In this document: positions 18,488-27,649 of the stretch, piece after piece | Position numbering within the stretch: the first letter of the stretch is position 1 | How the letters are laid out: each line of letters starts with the position of its first letter | Translations under genes and position numbers: made by a program | The notes under the pieces: model-generated | Seen by the model: only the letters and a program-made list of their open reading frames with translations | Told to the model about the DNA's origin: nothing | Databases searched by the model: none | Source: Gaiellaceae bacterium | Lineage (GTDB): Bacteria; Actinomycetota; Thermoleophilia; Gaiellales; Gaiellaceae | Reading direction: 5' to 3' | Assembly (NCBI GenBank): GCA_051005735.1 | Contig: JBPCJB010000125.1 | Coordinates: 1-30,738, forward strand | Length of the DNA: 30,738 bases

Positions 18488-19087
18488 CTAGCTCTGAGCT
18501 CCCAGAGCTCGACGGAGCCCGAGCAGCCAGCGCGGGATCCGGCGCCGGGCGTGCGCGAGCGCATCGTCCACTTCGGCGCCGGCCCTCTCCCCGTGCCGGC
18601 CGGCGCCGTGGCCGACGAGGACGTGCAGCGCCGCCAGGCCCCGCAAGCTGCGCAACCGGAAGGGGCGCAGGAATGGGTGCACTCCGATGGGCTCGGCGCC
18701 CGCCTTGAAGAACGGGATCGTTCCGAGCGCGTCGGCGCAGACGAGGATCCGCCGCTCCGGCCACCAGAGCGCGACCTCCTGCCAGCGTCGCCAGGACGAG
18801 ACGCGGAGGAACGTGAACGGCGTCCCGGGGAGCGAGTCGGGCACGACGTGGAGCGGCACGCCGAGCCGCGCCGCCAGCGCAGCCGAGTCGCGGCCGTGGC
18901 GGTCGACGAGCTGGATCACGCCGGCCGGCGTCCCGAGCTCTCGGACGCGCTCCTCGAGGCCGTCCGCCTCGAAGGGGTCGATCAGATAGACGCGACCGTC
19001 GACGGCGAGCGCGTGCGCCGCTCTGTGCAGCCGCTCGTCCTCGATCCAGCCGAAACCTCCCTCGACCTCGTCGACGAACTCGGTCAC
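18488..19087 (-). CDS. Hypothetical protein with a metallo-beta-lactamase-like fold pattern and a degenerate metal motif
   Basis: 199 aa with VYLIDP, QLVDRHGRD (at the HxHxDH position), LVCADALG and VLVGHG. It is coupled to the upstream gene by a GTGA overlap. Confidence 0.65.
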   Translation of the reverse strand: MTEFVDEVEGGFGWIEDERLHRAAHALAVDGRVYLIDPFEADGLEERVRELGTPAGVIQLVDRHGRDSAALAARLGVPLHVVPDSLPGTPFTFLRVSSWRRWQEVALWWPERRILVCADALGTIPFFKAGAEPIGVHPFLRPFRLRSLRGLAALHVLVGHGAGRHGERAGAEVDDALAHARRRIPRWLLGLRRALGAQS

Positions 19088-19689
19088 GGGGGTTCCAGCT
19101 CGGCGAAGCCCTGCTCGAAGACCGCGTCGGGCTGGGCGCCGAGGACGAGCAGGTGCCGGTCGAGGAGGAAGGCAGGCACGCCGGTCGCTCCGATCGAAAT
19201 CGCCTGACGCGTAGAGCTCTCGATCCGCTCACGGTAGCCGTCTCCAGCGAGGACCGACTCGACCTCGTCGTCCGGGAGCCCGAGCTCCGCGGCCAGGGCA
19301 CGCAGGACGGCGGAGTCGCCGAGATCCTGCGCCTCGGCCCAGTAGGCGTCCATCAGCCGGTCGTGGGTCTCCTCGTGACGACCGAGCTCGCGCGCCAGCT
19401 CCGTGAGCCGCAGCGCCTTCATCGTGTTCGGCACCAGGTCGGGGTGCGGGTTGTACTCGAGCCCGCGGGCCGCGAAGGTCGCCCTCATGCGCTCTGTCAT
19501 CCCTTCGCCGTAGCGCGCCAGCAGCTCCGCTCGTGGCATGCCCTCGGGCGGGTATTCCGGGTGGAGATCGAACGGGAGCCAGACGATGGTGGCGCCGAAC
19601 CGGCGACCGAGCCAGGTGGCGGTTGGTTGCGCCACGCGGCAGAAGGGTCAGATGTAGTCGCTCCAGATCGCGACGGTCCGCTCGCTCAT
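19084..19689 (-). CDS. DsbA/FrnE-family thiol oxidoreductase selenoprotein with a UxxC active site (UGA 19650-19648)
   Basis: ATG at 19689 overlaps the hisA stop (ATGA). It reads MSERTVAIWSDYI-TGA-PFCRVA..., in frame with ORF 19084..19635, which has WLPFDLHPE, PNTMKALRL, LMDAYW and the cis-Pro motif GATGVPAF. The UGA occupies the first Cys of the family motif SDxxCPFC. Confidence 0.88.
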
Positions 19690-20408
19690 ACCTCGAGGCT
19701 AACCGCCTCGGCGAGCCTGAAACGGCCCAGCCAGAGCGCGCTCCCGGCCACCGCTCCTTCGCAACCAAGCTTCCGGATCGCGCGGAGATCGTCGAGCGAG
19801 GCGATCCCGCCGGCCGCGAGCACCGGTAGCTGCGAGACCTCGAGCACCGTCGCGAGCAGCTCGAGGTCGGGTCCGGCGAGCGAGCCGTCGCGGCTCGTGC
19901 TCGTGGCGAGCAGGCGGCTCACGCCCGCGACGCGGCATTGCTCGGCGAGCTCCGCCGCGGTTGCGGTCGAGCGCGCGGCCCAGCCCTGGACTGCGACGCG
20001 CTCGTCTCGCACGTCGACGGCCACGACGATCCGGTCGCCGAAGCGCTCCACGGCCCGATCGAGGAAGCTCGGCTCGAGCGCCGCGGTGCCGACGAGCACC
20101 CGGGCCGCCCCGGCAGCGAGGGCCCCGGCGATCGCCTCGAGCGTCCGGTAGCCGCCCCCGACCTGGATCGGCGCCTCCGTTGCGGCGGTCACAGTGCGCA
20201 CGAGCTCGGCGGTGGGGAAGCCGCGGAAGGCGCCGTCCAGGTCGACGAGATGGAGCCACGACGCCCCTTCGGATGCGAAGCGCGCCGCCGCGACCGCGGG
20301 ATCGCCGCCCTCGACGGTGACGCGCGCGGGATCGCCCTGCGCCAGCCGGACGACCCTGCCGGCGAGGACGTCGATTGCGGGATAGACGGTGAAACTCTGT
20401 GATTGCAC
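19686..20408 (-). CDS. hisA: ProFAR isomerase
   Basis: YPAIDV, HLVDLDGA, QVGGG, VGTAA, RDGSLAGPD, AAGGI and GSAL. Confidence 0.92.
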   Translation of the reverse strand: MQSQSFTVYPAIDVLAGRVVRLAQGDPARVTVEGGDPAVAAARFASEGASWLHLVDLDGAFRGFPTAELVRTVTAATEAPIQVGGGYRTLEAIAGALAAGAARVLVGTAALEPSFLDRAVERFGDRIVVAVDVRDERVAVQGWAARSTATAAELAEQCRVAGVSRLLATSTSRDGSLAGPDLELLATVLEVSQLPVLAAGGIASLDDLRAIRKLGCEGAVAGSALWLGRFRLAEAVSLEV

Positions 20409-20425
20409 GCTAGCATGCTAACATG
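20406..20425. promoter_or_regulatory. 20-bp palindrome (candidate operator) containing back-to-back -10 hexamers for hisA and the his operon
   Basis: CACGCTAGCATGCTAACATG is 16/20 symmetric with the perfect core TAGCATGCTA, which reads TAGCAT on both strands. The minus-strand TAGCAT lies 6 nt before the hisA GTG. Confidence 0.7.
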
Positions 20426-20430
20426 GAGCC

Positions 20431-20748
20431 ATGGCGCGCGAGACTGTGGATTCTGCTCGTCCGGTCGAGCGGCTGCCGGGCCTGGACGACCTCGCCGCGG
20501 CGATCGTCAGCCTGCGCTCGACCGACGAGCTGAAGCGATTCCTGCGCGACCTCTGCACGCTGCCCGAGCTCGAGGCGCTCACCCACCGCTGGCAGACGGC
20601 CCGCCTGCTAGAGGAGGGGGTGCCGTATCTCGAGATCGCCGGCCGCGTGCCGACGAGCACGGCCACGGTCACTCGCGTCGCCCAATGGCTGCGGCACGGC
20701 ACCGGCGGCTACCGGATCGCGCTCGACCGCGCGCGCGGGCGGAAGTAG
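20431..20748 (+). CDS. TrpR-like YerC/YecD transcriptional regulator (HisR-like)
   Basis: 105 aa with FLRDLCTLPELEAL..RWQTARLL..G.PY.EIA....TSTATVTRVAQWL.HG.GGY, the YerC/YecD TrpR-like HTH pattern. It is the first gene of the his operon. Confidence 0.88.
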   Translation: MARETVDSARPVERLPGLDDLAAAIVSLRSTDELKRFLRDLCTLPELEALTHRWQTARLLEEGVPYLEIAGRVPTSTATVTRVAQWLRHGTGGYRIALDRARGRK

Positions 20749-21638
20749 TGCCGCCCGCCCGCTTCACGCGTGCCGGCGCAAACGGCCGCCTGACGCTCGC
20801 CGTCCCCTCCAAGGGCAGGATGTCGGAGCCCGCACTGCGCCTCTGCGCGGACGCGGGCCTCGGCTTCGAGGCGACCGAGCGCGCCCTGCTCGTGCCGTGC
20901 TCGAACGCGCCCGTCGACCTCCTCCTCGTCCGCCCGAGCGACATCCCGGAGTACGTGCAGGACGGTGTCGTCCACCTCGGGATCACCGGCGCCAACCTCG
21001 TTGTCGAGGCCGATGCCGACGTGCTCACGCTCGCCGAGCTCGGCTTCGCGCGCTGCACGCTCCAGGCGGCGGTACCGGAGGACTCCGTCCATCAGGATCT
21101 CGCCTCGCTCGCCGGCCTCCGTGTCGCGACCGCCTACCCGGTGACGACGCGAGCCTGCCTGGAGCGGCTCGGGATCTCCGCCGAGCTGGTGCCCGTCTCG
21201 GGCTCCGTCGAGGCCGCGCCGCGCCTCGGGCTCTCCGACGCGATCGTCGATCTCGTCTCGACCGGCTCGACGGCGAGCGCGAACGGCCTCCGCCTCGTCG
21301 GCGCCCTGCTCGAGTCGCAGGCCGTGCTCGTCGGCAGCGAGGCCGCGGTGGCCGAGCAGCGCGAGCTCGTGGAGCGCTTCGAGTTGATGCTCGCCGGGGT
21401 CGTGGCCGCTCGCCGGCGCCGCTACCTGATGATGAACGCGCCGGCGTCGGCTCTGCCCGAGCTCGAGCGCCTGCTGCCGAGCATGGGCGCACCCTCTGTG
21501 CTCAAGCTCGCCGCAGAGGGACAGATCGCGATCCACGCCGCCGTGGAAGCGGACGAGCTCTGGAACCTGCTCGCGCCGCTCAAGGCCGCCGGCGCCTCGT
21601 CGATCCTCGTCCTGCCGGTGGAGCGGCTTGTTCCGTGA
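20748..21638 (+). CDS. hisG: ATP phosphoribosyltransferase, long form with C-terminal regulatory domain
   Basis: The GTG overlaps the regulator stop. Contains LAVPSKGR, VRPSDIPEYV, GSVEAAP, DAIVDLVSTGST and C-terminal LKAAGASSILVLPVE. Confidence 0.93.
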   Translation: MPPARFTRAGANGRLTLAVPSKGRMSEPALRLCADAGLGFEATERALLVPCSNAPVDLLLVRPSDIPEYVQDGVVHLGITGANLVVEADADVLTLAELGFARCTLQAAVPEDSVHQDLASLAGLRVATAYPVTTRACLERLGISAELVPVSGSVEAAPRLGLSDAIVDLVSTGSTASANGLRLVGALLESQAVLVGSEAAVAEQRELVERFELMLAGVVAARRRRYLMMNAPASALPELERLLPSMGAPSVLKLAAEGQIAIHAAVEADELWNLLAPLKAAGASSILVLPVERLVP

Positions 21639-22786
21639 GGGGGACTGGGCTGGAGGACGTGCTGCCCCGCGTCGGCGAGATCGTGGCCGACGTCCGCGAC
21701 CGCGGCGACGCGGCGCTGCTCGAGTGGACGGCGCGGCTGGACGGGCCGTCCGAGGCAGAGCAGTGGCTGCGAGTCGCGGCCGAGGCGCTCGACGCCGCGA
21801 GCGTCGAGGACGACGTGCTCGAGGCGGTTCGCTCGCTCGCCGCGGCCGTGCGCGAGGTGGCAGTCTCGCAGCGGCCGGCGGACACTCGCGTCGAGGCGGT
21901 ACCCGGGATCGCCACCGAGCGGCGCTGGCGCCCGCTCTCATCGGTCGGCGTCTACGTTCCCGGCGGTCGAGCGGCGTATCCGTCCTCGCTCGTGATGGCG
22001 GCCGTCCCCGCGCAGGTCGCCGGCGTGGGTCGGATCGTCGTCGTCACGCCGCGTCCGGCCGAGGTGACGCTGGCGGTGGCGCGCGAGCTCGGGCTCGACG
22101 AGATCTATGCGGTCGGCGGCGCCCAGGCGATCGCCGCGCTCGCCTATGGAACCGAGACGATCGCGCCGGTGGACAAGATCGTCGGGCCGGGCAACCGCTA
22201 CGTGACCGCGGCGAAGCTGCTCGTCTCGAGCCGGGTCGGGATCGACCTCCCGGCCGGGCCGAGCGAGGTCGTCCTGATCGCCGATGCGAGCGCCGATCCC
22301 GCCCAGTGCGCCGCCGACCTGCTCGCCCAGGCCGAGCACGGGTCGGACAGCGAGGCGATCCTGCTCAGCCTCGAGCCGGATCTCTCGGCTGCGGTGCGTG
22401 CCCTCGTCGGCGGGCAGCACAACGTCTCTGTTGACGACGTGGCCTCTCTGGACGAGGCGCTGGCTCGCTCGGACGAGTACGCGCCAGAGCACCTGGAGCT
22501 CTGGCTCGCCGACTCCGAGCGAGCCGTCGAGCGGGTACGGAACGCCGGCACTGTCTTCGTCCGGACGTCAGCCGTCGTCGGCGACTACGCCTCCGGCGCG
22601 ACCCACTTGCTCCCGACCGGCGGGCTCGCGCGCGGGGCCGGCGGGCTCGGACTGGAGAGCTTCCTCAAGCCCCTTCAGATCGTGCGCGCGGACGCAGCGG
22701 GACTCGAGCGGGCGCGCGAGATCGCCCTGCCTCTCGCCCGGGTCGAGGGCCTGCCGCTGCACGCTGCTGCGTTGGCGTTGCGATGA
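21635..22786 (+). CDS. hisD: Histidinol dehydrogenase
   Basis: The GTG at 21635 overlaps the hisG stop. Contains VGVYVPGG, YPSS, GGAQAIAALAYGT, VGPGNRYV, AGPSE, DLLAQAEH, APEHL and GDY..G..H.LPT. Confidence 0.93.
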   Translation: MRGTGLEDVLPRVGEIVADVRDRGDAALLEWTARLDGPSEAEQWLRVAAEALDAASVEDDVLEAVRSLAAAVREVAVSQRPADTRVEAVPGIATERRWRPLSSVGVYVPGGRAAYPSSLVMAAVPAQVAGVGRIVVVTPRPAEVTLAVARELGLDEIYAVGGAQAIAALAYGTETIAPVDKIVGPGNRYVTAAKLLVSSRVGIDLPAGPSEVVLIADASADPAQCAADLLAQAEHGSDSEAILLSLEPDLSAAVRALVGGQHNVSVDDVASLDEALARSDEYAPEHLELWLADSERAVERVRNAGTVFVRTSAVVGDYASGATHLLPTGGLARGAGGLGLESFLKPLQIVRADAAGLERAREIALPLARVEGLPLHAAALALR

Positions 22787-24360
22787 CGCTCGTCGCACGG
22801 CCCCTGCCGAGCGGCTTCCGGCCCTACGCCTGGGCGCCGAGCTCCGCCGAGCTGGCAGCCCGGCACGGGCTCCGGCCCGAGCAGATCCTGCGCTTCGACC
22901 AGAACACGCCGCCTCTCCCCGGAGTTCCGAGGGTGCCGCTCGCGCCGAGCTTCGCGCGGCTGAACGAGTATCCCGACGGGACGTACCGAGAGTTGCGCGT
23001 GGCGGCCGCGTCGTATTGCGGCGTCGAGGCGACCCAGGTCGTGGTCGGAGCGGGCGCCGATGAGCTGATCGCTCTCTGCGCCCGGACGTATCTCGCGCCT
23101 GGGCTGCGCGCCGCCGTCTCGCCGCCGACCTACGGCCTCTACCGGATCGTCACGGAGCTCGAGGGTGCCGAGGTCGTCGAGGAGCCGGACGGCTCGGCCG
23201 TGATCTGGGTCTGCAATCCGAACAATCCGACCGGGGAGCTGCGCGAGCCCGCCGAGCTCGCAGCGCTCGCGCGCGTCCATCCGCAGGCGATCGTCGTCGT
23301 CGACGAGGCGTACTTCGAGTTCGCGGACGTCACCTGCGTGCCGCTACTCGCCGAGCAGCCGAACGTGATCGTGCTGCGCACGCTCTCGAAGGCCTTCGGC
23401 CTCGCCTCGCTGCGCGTCGGCTACGCAATCGCCGCTCCGGCTGTCGCGGCCGAGCTCGAGCTCCGACGAGCGCCGGCGAGCGTCTCCGGGCCGGCCGCGC
23501 GAATCGCGGCGGCGGCGCTCCGCGAGCCGCGGATCGATGTGGCGGACACGGTCGCAGAGCGCGAGCGCGTCCGCGGGGCGCTCGTTGGCGCCGGCCACGA
23601 CTGCCCGGAGTCGGCGGGCAACTTCGTCTTCGTCCGGACGGCCGAGCCACTCGGCGAGCAGCTCGAGCGGCAGGGATTGGTGGTTCGGCGCTTTCTCGAG
23701 GGAATCCGGATCACGCTGCGGCGACCGAGGGAGAACGACGTCCTGCTCGCCGCGCTCGGCGCCGTTGCGGGCGATCTTCCTCGAGCGCGCGAGTCGTATG
23801 TCGCCCGGGTCTCGACCGAGACGTCGCTCCGAGTTTCGCTCGAGCTCGACGGGATCGGGCGCGCGCGGGTCGAGACCGGGATCGGCTTTCTCGACCACCT
23901 GCTCACCCTCTGGGCGTTCCACGGCGGTTTCGACCTGGAGCTGCTCGCCGGCGGCGACCTCGCGGTCGACGAGCATCACACCGTCGAGGACGTGCTCGCC
24001 GCGCTCGGCGACGCGGTCTCGGAGGCACTCGGCGCCCGCGAGGGGATCGCGCGCTACGGCAGCGCGATCGTGCCGATGGACGAGGCGCGAGCCTCCGCGG
24101 GCGTCGATCTCGTCCGACGTCCGCATGCGGAGATCGAGCTTCGGTTCAGCGGCGAGCGGGTCGGTGGGCTCGCGGTGACGCTGCTTTCGCATGCGTTTGA
24201 GCGGTTCGCGATCCAAGGCGGTTTCACGGTCCACCTCACGGCTGCGGGCGCCGACGACCACCACGTCGCCGAGGCCGCGTGCAAGGCGCTCGGGCAGGCG
24301 CTCCGCCAGGCGTGCGCCGCGGCCGGCGAGGGCGTGCGTTCGACGAAGGGACTTGCATGA
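22783..24360 (+). CDS. hisC-hisB: Fusion of histidinol-phosphate aminotransferase (HisC) and imidazoleglycerol-phosphate dehydratase (HisB/IGPD)
   Basis: A single 525 aa ORF. The N-part has [17 protein letters not shown] and [16 protein letters not shown] (PLP Lys). The C-part, from about 23790, has [28 protein letters not shown] and DDHHVAEA. Confidence 0.9.
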   Translation: MTLVARPLPSGFRPYAWAPSSAELAARHGLRPEQILRFDQNTPPLPGVPRVPLAPSFARLNEYPDGTYRELRVAAASYCGVEATQVVVGAGADELIALCARTYLAPGLRAAVSPPTYGLYRIVTELEGAEVVEEPDGSAVIWVCNPNNPTGELREPAELAALARVHPQAIVVVDEAYFEFADVTCVPLLAEQPNVIVLRTLSKAFGLASLRVGYAIAAPAVAAELELRRAPASVSGPAARIAAAALREPRIDVADTVAERERVRGALVGAGHDCPESAGNFVFVRTAEPLGEQLERQGLVVRRFLEGIRITLRRPRENDVLLAALGAVAGDLPRARESYVARVSTETSLRVSLELDGIGRARVETGIGFLDHLLTLWAFHGGFDLELLAGGDLAVDEHHTVEDVLAALGDAVSEALGAREGIARYGSAIVPMDEARASAGVDLVRRPHAEIELRFSGERVGGLAVTLLSHAFERFAIQGGFTVHLTAAGADDHHVAEAACKALGQALRQACAAAGEGVRSTKGLA

Positions 24361-24950
24361 AGGTCGTGCTCGCGGACTACGGCGCCGGCAACACGAGAAG
24401 CGTCTGCGCGGCGCTCGCGCGCGCCGGCGCGGCGCCCGTTGTCTCGACCGCTGCCGCCGAGATCCGCGAGGCGCCGCTCGTCGTGATCGCGGGAGTCGGG
24501 CACGTCGCGAGCGCCGCGCGCGGGCTAGCGCCTGTGGCGGAAGCGCTGCGGGAGCGCGTGGCCGCAAGCCGGCCGATCTTCGGCATCTGCGTCGGCCTGC
24601 AGCTCCTCTTCGAGGAGAGCGAGGAGGGCGGTCGCGGTCTCGGCCTGCTCAGGGGGCCGGTGCGACGGTTACGCGCGGGCCGGATCCCGCACATGGGTTG
24701 GAACACGCTTGCCCCGACTCGCGCCTCGCGCCTCCTGGAAGGCCTCGAGGAGGCGGACGTCTACTTCGCGCACAGCTTTGCCGTCGAGCCGGCGCCCGAT
24801 GTCGCGATCGCCTACGTCGAGCACGGGGGCGCAGTCGTCGCCGCTGTCGAGTCGGACGAGCTCGCAGGTGTCCAGTTCCATCCCGAGCGGAGCGGCGCGG
24901 CTGGCGCGCGCCTGCTCGAGAACGCGCTGGCGTGGTCAAGAAGCGCCTGA
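24357..24950 (+). CDS. hisH: Imidazole glycerol phosphate synthase glutamine amidotransferase subunit
   Basis: ATG at 24357. Contains DYGAGN, GICVG (nucleophile Cys), PHMGWN, YFAHS and QFHPE. Confidence 0.93.
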   Translation: MKVVLADYGAGNTRSVCAALARAGAAPVVSTAAAEIREAPLVVIAGVGHVASAARGLAPVAEALRERVAASRPIFGICVGLQLLFEESEEGGRGLGLLRGPVRRLRAGRIPHMGWNTLAPTRASRLLEGLEEADVYFAHSFAVEPAPDVAIAYVEHGGAVVAAVESDELAGVQFHPERSGAAGARLLENALAWSRSA

Positions 24951-25672
24951 TCCCCTGTCTCGACGTCGCCCGCGGCCGCGTGGTCAAGGGCATCCGCTTC
25001 AAGTCGTTGCGAGATGTCGGCGATCCCGTCGAGCTCGCGGAGCGCTACTCCGAGCTCGGCGCGGACGAGCTCGTCTTCCTCGACATCGCCGCCAGCATCG
25101 AAGGACGCGGCCCGATCCTCGAGCTCGTCGAGCGGGCGGCCGAGCGCCTGACCGTGCCCTTCACCGTCGGCGGCGGAATCTCCGGGCTCGAGGATGCTCG
25201 CGCGCTGCTCCGCTCGGGCGCGGACAAGGTGGCGCTCAATCGCGCGGCGGTCGACGACCCCGCGCTGCTCTCGACGCTCGCTGACGAGTTCGGCGCCCAG
25301 GCGGTGGTCTGCGCGCTCGACTCGCGCGGCGGTGAGGTCGTCACGCACGGCGGGCGGAACGGGCGCGGGCTCGACTCGGTCGCATGGGCCCGCGAGGCCG
25401 TTCGGCGCGGCGCCGGCGAGCTCCTCCTCACCTCGATCGACGCGGACGGGACGCGGAACGGCTACGACCTCGAGCTGACGGGCCGGGTCGCGACGGCCGT
25501 GAGCGTCCCGGTGATCGCCTCGGGCGGGGCGGGTCAGGCGTCGCATCTGGCCGACGCCTTCGCTGCGGGCGCCGACGCGGCGCTCGTCGCGTCGATCGTC
25601 CACGAGCGCCCGGAGCGGGTTCGCGAGCTCAAGGCCGAGCTGAAGGAGGCGGGATGGCCGATCCGGATCTGA
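24932..25672 (+). CDS. hisF: Imidazole glycerol phosphate synthase cyclase subunit
   Basis: GTG at 24932 gives [39 protein letters not shown] and IASGGAG. Confidence 0.94.
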   Translation: MVKKRLIPCLDVARGRVVKGIRFKSLRDVGDPVELAERYSELGADELVFLDIAASIEGRGPILELVERAAERLTVPFTVGGGISGLEDARALLRSGADKVALNRAAVDDPALLSTLADEFGAQAVVCALDSRGGEVVTHGGRNGRGLDSVAWAREAVRRGAGELLLTSIDADGTRNGYDLELTGRVATAVSVPVIASGGAGQASHLADAFAAGADAALVASIVHERPERVRELKAELKEAGWPIRI

Positions 25673-26199
25673 CGCCGGCGATCGTTCAGGACGCCGACTC
25701 GGGGCGCGTGCTGATGCTCGCCTGGATGGACGAGGAGGCGCTGCGGCTGACGCGGGAGACCGGCGAAGCCTGGTTCTGGAGCCGCTCCCGGCAGGAGCTC
25801 TGGCAGAAAGGCGCGACCTCGGGCAACACGCTGGCTGTCGAGGAGCTGCGGGACGACTGCGACGGCGATGCGGTCCTGCTCCGCGTCCGACCTGCCGGCC
25901 CGACCTGCCACACGGGCGCGGTCTCCTGCTTCGCTCCCTGGCTCTGGCGGAGGATCAAGGAGCGCGAGCTCGAGCGGCGGGATGGCTCGTACGTCGTCTC
26001 GCTGCTCGACGACCCGATGCTCGCCGCGCGCAAGGTGGGGGAGGAGGGTGTCGAAGTCGCGCTCGCGGGCGCGGCCGAATCGGATCAGCGGCTCGTCGAG
26101 GAGGTCGCCGACCTCTGGTTCCACAGCTACGCGCTCCTGGCTGCGCGGGGCCTCGATCCGGCGCAGGTCGAGGACGAGCTCGACCGCCGCGCCGACTGA
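25654..26199 (+). CDS. hisIE: Bifunctional phosphoribosyl-AMP cyclohydrolase / phosphoribosyl-ATP pyrophosphatase
   Basis: ATG at 25654 after AAGGAGG. The HisI part has [22 protein letters not shown] and TCHTG..SCF; the HisE part has KVGEEGVE and EEVADLWFH. Confidence 0.93.
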   Translation: MADPDLTPAIVQDADSGRVLMLAWMDEEALRLTRETGEAWFWSRSRQELWQKGATSGNTLAVEELRDDCDGDAVLLRVRPAGPTCHTGAVSCFAPWLWRRIKERELERRDGSYVVSLLDDPMLAARKVGEEGVEVALAGAAESDQRLVEEVADLWFHSYALLAARGLDPAQVEDELDRRAD

Positions 26200-26381
26200 C
26201 TCGCCAGTGGAGCGATCGGCACGCATCCGTTGCGCTTGGGTCACACCCATGTGACGGAATCGTCGATAGCGTTCACGTAGGGACACCGGGGTGCCCCTGG
26301 GGCACGTACGGGCCGTTCCCGATCGGCTCAGAGGTGTGAAATTCCCGCACCTCGTCGCTCGACACGGCATTCGAGCAGAGC

Positions 26382-27641
26382 TCAGCGGTCGCGCGACAAC
26401 AGATCCTCGACCGTCTCGCGACGCAGGATCTCCCGCGCCTCTCCGTCGAGCACGAGCACCGCCGCCGGCCGCGGCACACCGTTGTAGGTCGACGCCATCC
26501 CGAGCGTGTAGGCGCCGGTCGCTGGCACGGCGAGCAGATCGCCGCGCCGGGGCTCGGGCAGGAGGACGCTCTCGATCAGGACGTCGCCCGACTCGCAGTG
26601 CTTGCCCGCGATCGTGAACGGCGCCTCGGCAGCTTGCTCGTCCGCCCGGTTCGCGAGCAGCGCCGCGTAGCGGGCGCCGTAGAGCTGAGGGCGCGGGTTG
26701 TCGGACATGCCTCCGTCGATCGCGACGTAGCTCCTGTCGCCGGCGCGCTTGCTCGCCCCGACCGTGTAGAGCGTGCAGGCTGCCGCGCCGACGAGCGACC
26801 GTCCCGGCTCGAGGATCAGGCGCGGCTCCGGTAGCTCGCGGCGCGCCCACGCTCGCCGGACCTCAATGACGATCTCGCCCACGAGCTCCTCGACAGGCGG
26901 CTCGGGCTCGTCGAGCACATACCGGATCCCGAAGCCGCCGCCGATATCGACGACAGCCGCAGTCCAGGAGACCTCGTCCCGCGCCCGAGCCGCGAAATCC
27001 GCGAGCAGCTCGACGGCCTGCAGGTGCGCCCGCCCGTCCAGGAGCTGCGAGCCGACGTGGACGTGCAGTCCCGCGACCTCGATCCCGGTCGCGCACGCGC
27101 GCCGGATCGCGTCCAGCGCGTCGGCTGCGTCGAGCCCGAACTTCGAGCCGCGATGACCGGTGCGGATCGCCTCGTGTGTCTCGGCCTCGACGCCGGGAGT
27201 CACCCGCACGAGCGCCCGTCGCACACCGGCAGCGGCGGCCCGCTCGGGCTCGTCGAGTGCGTCCAGGACGACGAGCGCGCTCACCTCGGCCGCGGCGCGC
27301 AGCTCCGCGTCCGACTTGTTGTTGCCGTGAAAGAGGATCCGCTCGCCGTCGATTCCCGCGGCGCGAGCGAACGCCAGCTCTCCCAGCGTGGACACGTCCG
27401 CGCCCACGCCCTCCTCCGCGAGCAGCCGCAGCAGCGAGACGTTCGCGAAAGCCTTGGTTCCGTAGACGACGAGCGCCTCGGGCGCCGCCTCGCGGAAGAG
27501 CCGCGCCCGTGCTCGGAGCGAGCGCTCGCAGTAGACGACGAGCGGCGTCCCGAAGCGCTCTGCCAGCTCGCTTGCCGCGATCCCACCGACCGTCAGCTCG
27601 CCGTTCTCGAGGCTGGCCGTTTCCGGGAACAGTGCTAGCAT
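26382..27641 (-). CDS. lysA: Diaminopimelate decarboxylase
   Basis: TPLVVY, YGTKAF (PLP Lys), HGNNKS, HVHVGSQ, EPGRS, DGGMSDNPRPQLY, GKHCESGD and MASTYN. Confidence 0.94.
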   Translation of the reverse strand: MLALFPETASLENGELTVGGIAASELAERFGTPLVVYCERSLRARARLFREAAPEALVVYGTKAFANVSLLRLLAEEGVGADVSTLGELAFARAAGIDGERILFHGNNKSDAELRAAAEVSALVVLDALDEPERAAAAGVRRALVRVTPGVEAETHEAIRTGHRGSKFGLDAADALDAIRRACATGIEVAGLHVHVGSQLLDGRAHLQAVELLADFAARARDEVSWTAAVVDIGGGFGIRYVLDEPEPPVEELVGEIVIEVRRAWARRELPEPRLILEPGRSLVGAAACTLYTVGASKRAGDRSYVAIDGGMSDNPRPQLYGARYAALLANRADEQAAEAPFTIAGKHCESGDVLIESVLLPEPRRGDLLAVPATGAYTLGMASTYNGVPRPAAVLVLDGEAREILRRETVEDLLSRDR

Positions 27642-27649
27642 GCGAGGCA

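Noticed and set aside
19686-20408. Bifunctional PriA (HisA/TrpF) instead of HisA
   Set aside because: It has the HisA-type GGG phosphate-binding loop (QVGGG) and VQGW, not the SGG and RGW features I associate with PriA. This is a motif-level judgement only.
27634-27643. Second site for the TrpR-like regulator: GCTAGCATGC is identical to 20409-20418
   Set aside because: Only the core and part of one half-site match, and the right arm (GAGGCAG) breaks the palindrome. The identity is explained by a shared TAGCAT -10 and the lysA start codons.
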